From an uncultured Candidatus Saccharibacteria bacterium (GTDB lineage Bacteria > Patescibacteriota > Minisyncoccia > Minisyncoccales > UBA1441): 26,819 nt of DNA. The stretch is taken from assembly GCA_964437355.1 (NCBI GenBank), contig CAYTGH010000001.1, forward strand, positions 1-26,819. Direction: 5' to 3'. The translations under genes and the position numbers were made by a program. This document shows, piece by piece, positions 15,424-23,976 of the stretch (positions are counted from its first letter, which is position 1; every line of letters starts with the position of its first letter). The notes under the pieces were generated by a model, which did not search any database, was not told the origin of the DNA, and worked only from the letters and a program-made list of their open reading frames with translations.

Positions 15424-17368
15424 AACAAGACTCGAGAAGCAGATTCTTCTCAAGAACATTGCTCTTCAAGTCCGGATGAGGAAACTTATTCTTCCCTTAT
15501 TAGCTATTGTTCTGTTGTTTTTTAATGTTTTTTCTCCGCCAGTGGCTTCCACTGTTCTTGGCAGTATTTTAGTTCTCTTTTCTTTTAGCCTGTTTTTCTT
15601 CGCGGCCCTCTATGTAAAAAAGACGCCCTCTTTAAGCCTATCAGCCATCCGTCAAATTTTAGTGAACATTATCTTTTTAGAATTATTGGCGGCTTGGGCT
15701 GGTTTCTATTTTTTTAGCTTTGTAGTTAACAGCTGGCTTATTCCTATTGCTTTTCCAGCTTCATTGTTGAGTATTTTTTATCTTGTTTTGATTTCTCCTC
15801 TTTTGGAAGACCTATATCGAACTTTTTTCTACCTAATCAGTTGGTTAGGATTAACTTTTCTTATTCTTCTCAATCATTCTTCGTTTGTAGAATCGGTGAG
15901 TGCTCGTAAGTTTAATACAGATATTATTAGTTCTTCGAGTCTTGTTTCCATTGTCTTAGCCGGAATAGCTATTTTTGGAGTAAGAATTATTATTAGTTCT
16001 ACTCAAGATCAATCTCATTGGCAAAGCGGTGGGTTAAGAAAAGTTAATCAAAAACTTCAGAATAAACTAGAAGAGAAAGATGAATCGATATTTCAACTTA
16101 GAAGAGAATTGCGAGAAACCAGAGAAATTCTTCAGATTAGAACTCTGGCCAGAGGCAAAGAATTGAAGAACCTGACTAAGAATTTTCAGAAAATGCTCAG
16201 TAAGCAAAAAGACAACCTGCAAGCGGAAGACGAAAGACGAAACAAGATTCAAGAAGCCCAGGAAACAACAAAAGCCCTTCTCAACGTTCTTGAGGATAAC
16301 GAAAAAGACAGAGAGAAACTAATGCAAGAAGAGGAATTAACAACAACGATTATTAATAATTTTGTGGACGGGCTCATTATTTTTGATCCTCAAGGAATTA
16401 TTCAAGAAGTTAATAAGCAGGCCCAGCACGTTTTTCATATTCAAGAAAATGACGTTCAGAAACAACCATTGGCTATTCTTCAAAAATATTCTCTGATTGC
16501 CCCCGCGGTGAAAATCATGATTCACGATAATCATGTTCAATTAGTGAAAGAAAAAGAATTTTCTCCACAACCCGCCATGACGATGACGGTCAGTATCATT
16601 GCTTTGCAAGGCAAAGAGCGCCGCCTGGGTTATCTCGCTGTTTTCCATGATGTATCCCGGGAAAAAAATATTCAAAAGATGAAAACGGATTTTGTTTCTA
16701 TTGCGGCTCATCAATTAAGAACGCCACTTTCAGCCATCAAATGGAGTATTAAAATGATTTTAGACGGAGAGGCCGGAAAAATCTCAGCTAAACAAAAAGA
16801 TTGGCTTAATAAAACCTATCAAAGCAACGAACGTATGATTGCCCTGGTTAATGATCTTTTAAACGTGAGCCGCATTGAAGAAGGAAAGTTTCTTTATGAT
16901 GTCCAAGAAATAGATTTAAGAAGTGTTATTCAGAATGTTCTTCATAATGACGAAGAAATTATTAAAAGAAAAAAGATGACGGTTTCTTTTCAAGGGGAAA
17001 ACAAGGAAATCCCCAAGGTGAAAGTTGATGTTGAGAAAATTCAGTTAGCAATTCAGAATTTAGTGACTAACGCCATTGATTATACTCCGGCTGGGGGAAA
17101 AGTCGTTATTACTCTTGATCAGAAGGGTAGGGATGTTTTGGTAAAAGTGAAAGATACCGGCATTGGTATTTCAAAAGAGGATCAAAAGAAGCTCTTCCAT
17201 AGATTTTTTCGGGCTCGTAATGCAATTCAAGTACGAGCTAACGGGACCGGGTTGGGTCTATTTATCACCAAAAATATTGTCCAAGCCCATCGTGGAAAAA
17301 TCTGGTTTGAATCTGAATTAGGGAAAGGAACTACTTTTTATCTGACTATCCCTAGCTCCCAGAGTTGA
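15407..17368 (+). CDS. Membrane sensor histidine kinase (TM - coiled coil - PAS-like - HisKA - HATPase)
   Basis: FVSIAAHQLRTPL H-box, QNLVTNAIDY N-box, VKDTGIGI, FFRA, GTGLGL, GKGTTF. Confidence 0.96.
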   Translation: MEEENKTRLEKQILLKNIALQVRMRKLILPLLAIVLLFFNVFSPPVASTVLGSILVLFSFSLFFFAALYVKKTPSLSLSAIRQILVNIIFLELLAAWAGFYFFSFVVNSWLIPIAFPASLLSIFYLVLISPLLEDLYRTFFYLISWLGLTFLILLNHSSFVESVSARKFNTDIISSSSLVSIVLAGIAIFGVRIIISSTQDQSHWQSGGLRKVNQKLQNKLEEKDESIFQLRRELRETREILQIRTLARGKELKNLTKNFQKMLSKQKDNLQAEDERRNKIQEAQETTKALLNVLEDNEKDREKLMQEEELTTTIINNFVDGLIIFDPQGIIQEVNKQAQHVFHIQENDVQKQPLAILQKYSLIAPAVKIMIHDNHVQLVKEKEFSPQPAMTMTVSIIALQGKERRLGYLAVFHDVSREKNIQKMKTDFVSIAAHQLRTPLSAIKWSIKMILDGEAGKISAKQKDWLNKTYQSNERMIALVNDLLNVSRIEEGKFLYDVQEIDLRSVIQNVLHNDEEIIKRKKMTVSFQGENKEIPKVKVDVEKIQLAIQNLVTNAIDYTPAGGKVVITLDQKGRDVLVKVKDTGIGISKEDQKKLFHRFFRARNAIQVRANGTGLGLFITKNIVQAHRGKIWFESELGKGTTFYLTIPSSQS

Positions 17369-17392
17369 TTAGGTTGAGAGAAATGATACAAT
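17365..17392 (+). promoter_or_regulatory. Putative promoter for the response regulator-mutM-holA unit
   Basis: TTGATT (17365-70), 16 bp, extended -10 TGaTACAAT (17384-92). Confidence 0.5.
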
Positions 17393-17453
17393 TAATTTTG
17401 GACTATTATTTTTTTAGGGGAAAGTGTTTATTTTTTAGAAAAAATTTGCTATA

Positions 17454-17840
17454 ATGGTAAAAAGGATTCTTGTCTTAACAGAAGAAAAGTTAGTTTCTAA
17501 TCTTTTGAAAAAAAGATTATCCGATGAAGACTATCAGGTTGTTATTAGTGATGATCCTGAAAAAGCATTAGTGATCATTATCCGGGAGAAGATTAATTTG
17601 ATTGTTCTTGATTTGGATCTTTCTGACTTAACCGCTTTTAGTTTTTTAGTCAAAAAGAAAAGTGATTCAGATCTTAAAAAAATTCCTGTTTTAGTTATTT
17701 CTAATGCTGGACAAATTGGAGAATTAAGCCAAGCGCAGGAATTAGGAGCAACAGATTGGGTTCTCAAAACGGAGTTTGACCCTGGAGAAATTGCCCAAAA
17801 AGTAAAGAATATTTTTAAATCAATTAAAGCAACTAGTTAA
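17454..17840 (+). CDS. Single-domain receiver protein, atypical
   Basis: CheY-like fold pattern: ILVLTEE, LIVLDL, IPVLVISN, LGATDWVLK. Confidence 0.88.
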   Translation: MVKRILVLTEEKLVSNLLKKRLSDEDYQVVISDDPEKALVIIIREKINLIVLDLDLSDLTAFSFLVKKKSDSDLKKIPVLVISNAGQIGELSQAQELGATDWVLKTEFDPGEIAQKVKNIFKSIKATS

Positions 17841-17851
17841 TTTTTAAAATC

Positions 17852-18277
17852 ATGGCAAGCCTAAATTCTTTTCAAGATTCTTCAAAAACAGTTCTTTCTT
17901 CAGTGAAGAAAGTCCTCATTATCGAAGACGATATTTTTCTAAGCGAGCTTATGGCTAAGAAATTGGAAGATTCGGGATTTAATGTCATTAAAGCTATCGA
18001 TGGGCAGGAAGGTTTAGAAAAAGCAGTTTCAACTAAGCCCGATTTGATTCTTCTAGATTTGATTTTGCCAGGTTTGGACGGTTTTGAGGTTTTGAAACGG
18101 ATTAAAGACAACGCCCAAATAAGTTCTATTCCGGTTATTATTCTCTCTAATCTTGGACAGAGAGAGGATATCGAAAGGGGTTTTGACTTGGGGGCGCAAG
18201 ATTACTTAGTCAAAGCGCAGTTTACTCCGGATGAAATCGTAGAGAGAGTTAAGAAACCGTTGGAGGCTCATGCCTGA
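17852..18277 (+). CDS. Single-domain CheY-like response regulator
   Basis: VLIIEDD, PDLILLDLILPGLDGFEVL, IPVIILSN, GAQDYLVK. The true start may be the later GTG (VKKVLII). Confidence 0.95.
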   Translation: MASLNSFQDSSKTVLSSVKKVLIIEDDIFLSELMAKKLEDSGFNVIKAIDGQEGLEKAVSTKPDLILLDLILPGLDGFEVLKRIKDNAQISSIPVIILSNLGQREDIERGFDLGAQDYLVKAQFTPDEIVERVKKPLEAHA

Positions 18278-19154
18278 ACTACCCGAAGTAGAAACAATGA
18301 AGAGAGAATTGCAGAAAAAGGTCCAAGGGAGGGCCTTTCTTGATGTTTGGACCGATACGCCAAAATTAGTTTACCATCCTTCTTCTTTTCTGGCATTTAA
18401 GAGAGAAATCAAGAATCTAAGAATTCAGAAAGTGGAAAGAAAAGGCAAGGTTCTTGTCCTTTACTTAACTCAGGAGAAAGTTCTTTTAGTTCATCCTAAA
18501 TTAACCGGGCATTTTATTTTGGGCCACTGGGTTTATAAACGTCAGAAATGGGAGCCAAATTTGCCAGATCAATATATCCATTTAATGTTCTGGCTAGACA
18601 ATCAAGAAATGTTAGCTTGGTCAGACCTAAGAAAATTTTCTCGAATAGAAATTCAACCCCTTCAAGAAATTGAAAAGACTCCTTTATTAAAAAATATCGG
18701 ACCGGATCCACTCTCCGTTGAATTTTCATTTCTAAAATTGCAGCAACTTCTCGGAAAGACTCAAAGACCGATTAAGGTTGTCTTAATGGATCAATCTCTC
18801 ATAGGAGGCATCGGCAATATTTACGCAAATGAAATTTTATGGGCGGCTAAGATTTATCCGGGTCGGAAATCCTTTTTGCTTACTCGAGAAGAGGGAAAGA
18901 AAATTTATCAGGCGATGCGAAAGATATTAAAAGAAGCGGTGGAATTAGAAGGAACCAGTGTTAGTGATTTCAGAGGATTGGATAATCAGCCCGGCCGGTA
19001 CCTTTCTCGTCTTAAGGTTTATCGCCGAATAGGAAAGCCTTGCCCGTGTTGTGGTCACCCAATTGAAAAAAGAGAAATGAGAGGTCGTTCCGTCTATTAT
19101 TGTCCCCTTTGTCAACCAAAAAGCGATAATGAAAATGTTTTCTCAAACTTCTGA
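18270..19154 (+). CDS. mutM: Formamidopyrimidine-DNA glycosylase Fpg/MutM
   Basis: N-terminal PELPEVE, RKGK, DLRKFS, H2TH LMDQSLIGGIGNIYANEILW, C-terminal zinc finger CPCC...CPLCQ. Confidence 0.97.
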   Translation: MPELPEVETMKRELQKKVQGRAFLDVWTDTPKLVYHPSSFLAFKREIKNLRIQKVERKGKVLVLYLTQEKVLLVHPKLTGHFILGHWVYKRQKWEPNLPDQYIHLMFWLDNQEMLAWSDLRKFSRIEIQPLQEIEKTPLLKNIGPDPLSVEFSFLKLQQLLGKTQRPIKVVLMDQSLIGGIGNIYANEILWAAKIYPGRKSFLLTREEGKKIYQAMRKILKEAVELEGTSVSDFRGLDNQPGRYLSRLKVYRRIGKPCPCCGHPIEKREMRGRSVYYCPLCQPKSDNENVFSNF

Positions 19155-19182
19155 TCTAAACGGAAAACGTTTAAATAAAACT

Positions 19183-20145
19183 ATGATTTATTTTCTCTAT
19201 GGTCCAGACCGGTATCGATTATTAACGAAAGTAAGAGAAATAACTCATCGCTACCAGGCTATTCATAGCGGGGTGACGAATCCTGTTGAAATTGAAGGAG
19301 AGGGTATTTCTTTTGCCCGCCTGAAGGATATTTATCAACAGCCTTCAATGTTTGTTAAGCACCGATTGGTGATTATAAGAAATATTTTCCAAACACCGGC
19401 TATTTTTCAAACAAAGCTTCAAAAAGAAATGGCTAATTTAAGCCAGTCTTCAACTATTTTTCTATTTTATCAAGTTGGGCCAATTAAAAATCACAAACGC
19501 CTCTTAGAATCTTTAAAAAAATATGCGCGGGTTCAAGAATTTTCTTCTTTGCCGCCGAGAGGAATTCTAATTTGGCTGACTCAAGAAGCCAATCGTTATT
19601 CCTTGGTTCTTCAGCCGGAAGCTTGTTCTTGTTTAGCAAATCTTATTCATAGCGATCTTTGGAAGGGACATCTGGCTTTGGAAAAGATTGCGGCTTACCT
19701 GGGGGGAGAAAAAAAAGAAGTCGATGTAGAAACAGTGGAAAAATTAATAGAGACAACCAACGCTATTAATGTTTTCGCAATGGTTAACGCTCTGCAGAAC
19801 AATCAATTATCTAAAGCTTTGTCAGCCGTGAATTCCTATCTTGACCAAGGGGGAGCGGTGGAGCTTATTATTGGACAGCTTAATTCCTTTTTGATACATC
19901 TCCTGACGATTCGCATTCTCCTAGACGAGGGGAAAAATCAAACTCAAATAAAGCAAGAGGTTACTTTTAATCCCTGGGCCGTTAGCCACCTAATAGGCCC
20001 GGCTCAGAGATTTTCACAAGAAGACATCAATGCTAAAATCCAATATCTTTTTAAAACAGATATTGGACTCAAAACGGGACGAATAGAACGTCGCGAAGCG
20101 ATTAATGATTTTCTTTTACGCTTTGAAGATTTAACCAAGCGCTAA
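19183..20145 (+). CDS. holA: DNA polymerase III delta subunit
   Basis: MIYFLYGPD start (preferred over 19129, which overlaps mutM), RLVIIRN, LEKIAAY, NVFAMVNAL, FKTDIGLKTG; holA-rpsT adjacency is typical. Confidence 0.9.
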   Translation: MIYFLYGPDRYRLLTKVREITHRYQAIHSGVTNPVEIEGEGISFARLKDIYQQPSMFVKHRLVIIRNIFQTPAIFQTKLQKEMANLSQSSTIFLFYQVGPIKNHKRLLESLKKYARVQEFSSLPPRGILIWLTQEANRYSLVLQPEACSCLANLIHSDLWKGHLALEKIAAYLGGEKKEVDVETVEKLIETTNAINVFAMVNALQNNQLSKALSAVNSYLDQGGAVELIIGQLNSFLIHLLTIRILLDEGKNQTQIKQEVTFNPWAVSHLIGPAQRFSQEDINAKIQYLFKTDIGLKTGRIERREAINDFLLRFEDLTKR

Positions 20146-20380
20146 GGCGAGATTTTTTCCGGCTAGCGGTATTTTTTTTCAGAATGTTGACTTTAGCTGC
20201 TTTGTCTATGGCTTTATAATATTGACCAAGTAAAGCTTTTGCATCTTCAAATTTTTTGTTTTCGGCTAAGCGCGTAATTTCTTTACGAACTTCCTTCATC
20301 TTTTTTTTGTAATGAAGATTTTGCTTTTGGCGCTTAAGACTTTGGAGCATCGATTTTTTGGCAGATTTAGTAATAGGCAT
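20102..20380 (-). CDS. rpsT: 30S ribosomal protein S20
   Basis: MPITKSAKK...IDKAAKVNILKKNTASRKKSRL. Confidence 0.97.
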   Translation of the reverse strand: MPITKSAKKSMLQSLKRQKQNLHYKKKMKEVRKEITRLAENKKFEDAKALLGQYYKAIDKAAKVNILKKNTASRKKSRLSAWLNLQSVKENH

Positions 20381-20420
20381 AGTTTCTAAATTTGAATACT
20401 TTATTCTAAACTAAAATTCC

Positions 20421-21731
20421 ATGAGAGTCAAAGAACAACTTAAAAAAATTATTTCCCCTACATTTCTTCAGGCTTATCATTTTGTTCTAGCCTGGTTGGG
20501 CGCGATTATTTATCGCTTTCCCTCTAGGAAAATGATTATTATTGGCGTTACCGGGACGAGCGGAAAATCCACGGTGGTAGAAATGATTTATCATATTCTT
20601 GATTCTGCTGGTTTGAAAACAGCGGCTCTTTCTTCCATTGGTTTCCATCTAGGAGGCAAGTTCTGGTTTAATAATCTTAAAATGACAATGCCCGGCCGGT
20701 TTCGTCTCCAAAAGTTTCTTTTTCGATCCTGGAAGAATCAATGTCAATATGTAGTTATTGAAGTGACCTCCGAAGGTATTCTTCAGCATCGCCACCGAGG
20801 CATTGATTTTAATGTTTTGGTTTTTACGAATCTTTCTCCGGAACATATTGAGCGTCATGGCGGATTTGAGAATTACAAAAAGACCAAGGGGAAATTATTC
20901 CAAGGATTAAGCAAAGCCAGCTTGATTAAGAACAGGCGGTGCTTAGATAAAACCATGATTATTAATTTAGATGATTCAGCGGCTTCTTATTTTTTGTCTT
21001 TTCCAGCGGATAAAAAAATAGGTTATGGGTTGCGGTCCTACCCAGATAAGGCAGGGACCATTGAAGCGGAAGATATTGTTTTAACCGATCAGGGATCAAG
21101 CTTCAGGGCGAGAGGAACAAGATTCTCTCTTAATTTACCCGGAAAATTTAATATCAGCAATGCTTTGGCTGCCATAGCGGTGGGTGACACTCAGGATATT
21201 CATTTTTCAGTGATGGCTCAAGCCTTAGCTCAAATCAAAAACCTGCCCGGCCGATTAGAATTAGTTATTGCTCAACCTTTCCGCGTTTTTGTTGATTATG
21301 CTCATACTCCGGTTGCTTTAAAAAAAGTTTATCAAACACTCCAAAGGCCGGAAGGAAAGATGATCTGCCTTTTAGGGTCCTGTGGCGGTGGCCGAGATAA
21401 ATGGAAACGTCCGGTTTTAGGGAAGATAGCTTCTCAATTTTGTCAGTGGGTGGTTCTGACCAATGAAGACCCTTATGACGAAGATCCTTGGCAAATTATC
21501 AACCAAGTCAAAGAAGGGATTGATAAAAATTTCCCCCGAGATCGTCTTTTGACTTTTCTGGACCGGAGACAAGCTATAGAAAAAGTTTTAAGAATAGCCC
21601 AGCCCGGAGACACGGTTGTCATTACGGGAAAAGGGTCAGAATCACTAATGTGCTTGGCTCGGGGGCAAAAAATTCCATGGAGCGATAAGAAAATAGTTCA
21701 GGGAATAATGGAGAAGCTTAAAAATTTTTAA
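20421..21731 (+). CDS. murE: MurE-family UDP-MurNAc-dipeptide amino acid ligase
   Basis: GVTGTSGKST, EVTSEG, TNLSPEHIERH, PGRLE, VDYAHTP, GGGRDKWKRP, TNEDPY, GKG. Confidence 0.94.
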   Translation: MRVKEQLKKIISPTFLQAYHFVLAWLGAIIYRFPSRKMIIIGVTGTSGKSTVVEMIYHILDSAGLKTAALSSIGFHLGGKFWFNNLKMTMPGRFRLQKFLFRSWKNQCQYVVIEVTSEGILQHRHRGIDFNVLVFTNLSPEHIERHGGFENYKKTKGKLFQGLSKASLIKNRRCLDKTMIINLDDSAASYFLSFPADKKIGYGLRSYPDKAGTIEAEDIVLTDQGSSFRARGTRFSLNLPGKFNISNALAAIAVGDTQDIHFSVMAQALAQIKNLPGRLELVIAQPFRVFVDYAHTPVALKKVYQTLQRPEGKMICLLGSCGGGRDKWKRPVLGKIASQFCQWVVLTNEDPYDEDPWQIINQVKEGIDKNFPRDRLLTFLDRRQAIEKVLRIAQPGDTVVITGKGSESLMCLARGQKIPWSDKKIVQGIMEKLKNF

Positions 21732-23307
21732 TCATATAGGTCCCCTTGAGGCGATAGCCGAGGTGGCGATAGTATTCTCGCACGCCGATACCACTAATAA
21801 CGGCTAAACCGTGAAGAGAGGGAAATTCTTGGCGGACAATTTTTTCCGCCTCAGCCATTAATTTCTTTCCCAGTCCTCGATGCTGAGCTGATGTTGATTT
21901 TCTGATTTTTAGTGGGAGCTGTAATCCATAAGTGCGCAATTGCCTGATTAAAGCCTCTTTTTCAAGAACAGGAAAAAGAACGGGAGTCTGGTGATAAAAA
22001 GAAGAGGGAATGCGCAGGCGAAGAAGAGCGTAGAGGTGTTCTCGACGGCTGTCTTCAAAAGTCAAGAAAATTTCTTTTCCTTGAGAAGATTGATAATCAA
22101 GGCGAAAAAGTTTGAGCTTAATTTGCGAGGAATAGGATTGTTTGATTTCTCGACAGCGAATGCACTGGCAAGGATGTCCTTCTTCTTTTAATTCTTGCAT
22201 AATAATTTCTCTGAGATTGGAAATTTTGGCGGGACCAGCGACAATGCGGTTGGAGGGAATATCGCGGATAATTCTTTCTATACGGCAATAAATAGGAACA
22301 TTTCTCTTAGCCTCCTTGAGTAAATCGATCATTACTCGAGTGCTGTACGGATGGTATTTTTTAGCTAGCCAAAGTTGGTAGAGAGGGGCTTCTTTGACAA
22401 TAGCGGTTGGATAAATTTTTAAAAAGTCAGGGCGGAAACGCTCGTCAGCAAATAGTTGCTGAAATATTTTTCTATCTTTCTCAGACGTAGAACCATAAAG
22501 GTTGGGCATAAGATGATAGCCGATTTTAAAGCCAGCGTCTTTTAAGAGTTGGGTGGCTTTAACGGTTGCTTCGACATCATGACCACGGTGATTTAATCGC
22601 AGGATTTGATTATCTAAACTTTGAACGCCTATTTCAACTTTGGTAATCCCAAGTTTTCTTAATTGTTTTAATTCTTCGGGGTTAATAAAATCTGGTCTGG
22701 TTTCAACATTAATACCAATAATCCGATGATGAGCAGTCTCATTAAGTTTTTGAGCATCTTTTAGGGAAGAACTTTTTTGACCATTAGCGGCTTCGAAACA
22801 TTCTTTGACAAATTTTTCTTGGTAATTCTTAGGCAAAGCGCTCCAGGTTCCTCCGAGAATAATGAGCTCAATCTTATCAGTTGGGTGTCCAGTAGCGGTC
22901 AAAGAATGAAGGCGATTTAAGAATTGGGCTTTAGCGGAATAACGGGAACGAATAGCCCTCATTACCGCTGGCTCATTGTCTAAATAGCTGACGGGTAAAT
23001 TGTCTTGGCGAGGACAAAACAAACACTGTCCCGGACAAGGGAAGGGGTGCGTTAAAACGGCAATGACGGCGACGCCTGACCAAGACCTCACTCGATGAAT
23101 TTTGAGATTTTCCTCAAGTCGGAGATCTGGCTGAATTCTTTTCTCATCTACGAGTTTGTGATAAACTTGGAGTAAGATAGAATTCTTCAAAAGAGGACAA
23201 TGATAAAGGCGAGTCGCCTTTCTCTTGAGTATTTCAAAATCAGCGGGGGTTTCTACTGGATATTGCCGGAGATAATTAATAATTTCTAACCAAGGATAAG
23301 TATTCAT
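21718..23307 (-). CDS. elp3: Elp3-family tRNA uridine(34) carboxymethyltransferase (radical SAM + KAT)
   Basis: RSWSGVAVIAVLTHPFPCPGQCLFCP (CxxxCxxC), GGTW, ETRPD, TKVEIGVQS, KIYPT, CQCIRCRE, GNAT QHRGLGKKL, VISGIGVREYY. Second Met (23307) preferred because 23331 would overlap the divergent gene. Confidence 0.96.
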   Translation of the reverse strand: MNTYPWLEIINYLRQYPVETPADFEILKRKATRLYHCPLLKNSILLQVYHKLVDEKRIQPDLRLEENLKIHRVRSWSGVAVIAVLTHPFPCPGQCLFCPRQDNLPVSYLDNEPAVMRAIRSRYSAKAQFLNRLHSLTATGHPTDKIELIILGGTWSALPKNYQEKFVKECFEAANGQKSSSLKDAQKLNETAHHRIIGINVETRPDFINPEELKQLRKLGITKVEIGVQSLDNQILRLNHRGHDVEATVKATQLLKDAGFKIGYHLMPNLYGSTSEKDRKIFQQLFADERFRPDFLKIYPTAIVKEAPLYQLWLAKKYHPYSTRVMIDLLKEAKRNVPIYCRIERIIRDIPSNRIVAGPAKISNLREIIMQELKEEGHPCQCIRCREIKQSYSSQIKLKLFRLDYQSSQGKEIFLTFEDSRREHLYALLRLRIPSSFYHQTPVLFPVLEKEALIRQLRTYGLQLPLKIRKSTSAQHRGLGKKLMAEAEKIVRQEFPSLHGLAVISGIGVREYYRHLGYRLKGTYMIKNF

Positions 23308-23310
23308 AAA

Positions 23311-23976
23311 ATGAAAGATAATTTTGCTCAATATCTTCTAAAAAAGAATAAAGAGAATTACGACTTGATTGCTGAAGATTTCTCGAGCACGCGCTCTTCT
23401 CTTTGGCCCGAGTTGCAACAATTCAGTTCTTGGGTGGAAGAAGGAGACCGGATTCTTGATATTGGTTGTGGCAACGGCCGGCTTCTCAATCTCTTTTCTG
23501 ACAAAGACGTTTCCTATATTGGACTAGATAGTTCTTCTCGTTTGGTAAAGTTGGCTCAGCAAGATCATCCGGGGCGTGAATTTATTGTAGGAGATTTTTT
23601 AGAGGTGACTTTTCCAAGCGATACTTTTGATAAAGCTTTTGCGATTGCTTTTCTCCATCATATTCCTTCTGAGGTTATGCGTCTTAATATTCTAGCGGAA
23701 GCGAGAAGAATTTTAAAGCCGGAAGGTATCCTTTTTTTAACGGTTTGGACTCCCGCTAAAGCAGTTCTCTCTCCGTTATTTCAAAAATCTAAAATTCTAA
23801 AATCAAGAGATATCATTCGCCCTTGGGGGAAACAAACAGATCTTTACTGTCATTTTTTTAAGCCTAAAGAAATTATTCATCTGACGCAGAAAGCAGGTTT
23901 AAGCATTGTTCAGCACGGGGAATTGGGAGAAAAAGCGGTTCAAAAGAATTTTTATCTCTTGGCCCAGAAAATCTAG
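23311..23976 (+). CDS. Class I SAM methyltransferase, Trm9/ALKBH8-like
   Basis: YDLIAEDFSSTR...WP, LDIGCGNGR, GLDSS, AIAFLHHIPS...R, LTVW, DIIRPW, YCHFF. The methyltransferase call is firm; the Trm9 subfamily call is from motif recall. Confidence 0.85.
   Translation: MKDNFAQYLLKKNKENYDLIAEDFSSTRSSLWPELQQFSSWVEEGDRILDIGCGNGRLLNLFSDKDVSYIGLDSSSRLVKLAQQDHPGREFIVGDFLEVTFPSDTFDKAFAIAFLHHIPSEVMRLNILAEARRILKPEGILFLTVWTPAKAVLSPLFQKSKILKSRDIIRPWGKQTDLYCHFFKPKEIIHLTQKAGLSIVQHGELGEKAVQKNFYLLAQKI

Noticed and set aside
17447-17456. Extended -10 (TGcTATAAT) overlapping the ATG at 17454
   Set aside because: A transcript from it would start downstream of the needed start codon. The upstream promoter at 17365-92 explains expression, so it is not called.
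11199-22191. Short ORFs 11199-11396, 11996-12217, 16067-16252, 16337-16540, 17534-17767, 17872-18111, 18514-18729, 20649-20858, 21991-22191
   Set aside because: Antisense shadows of clearly identified genes.
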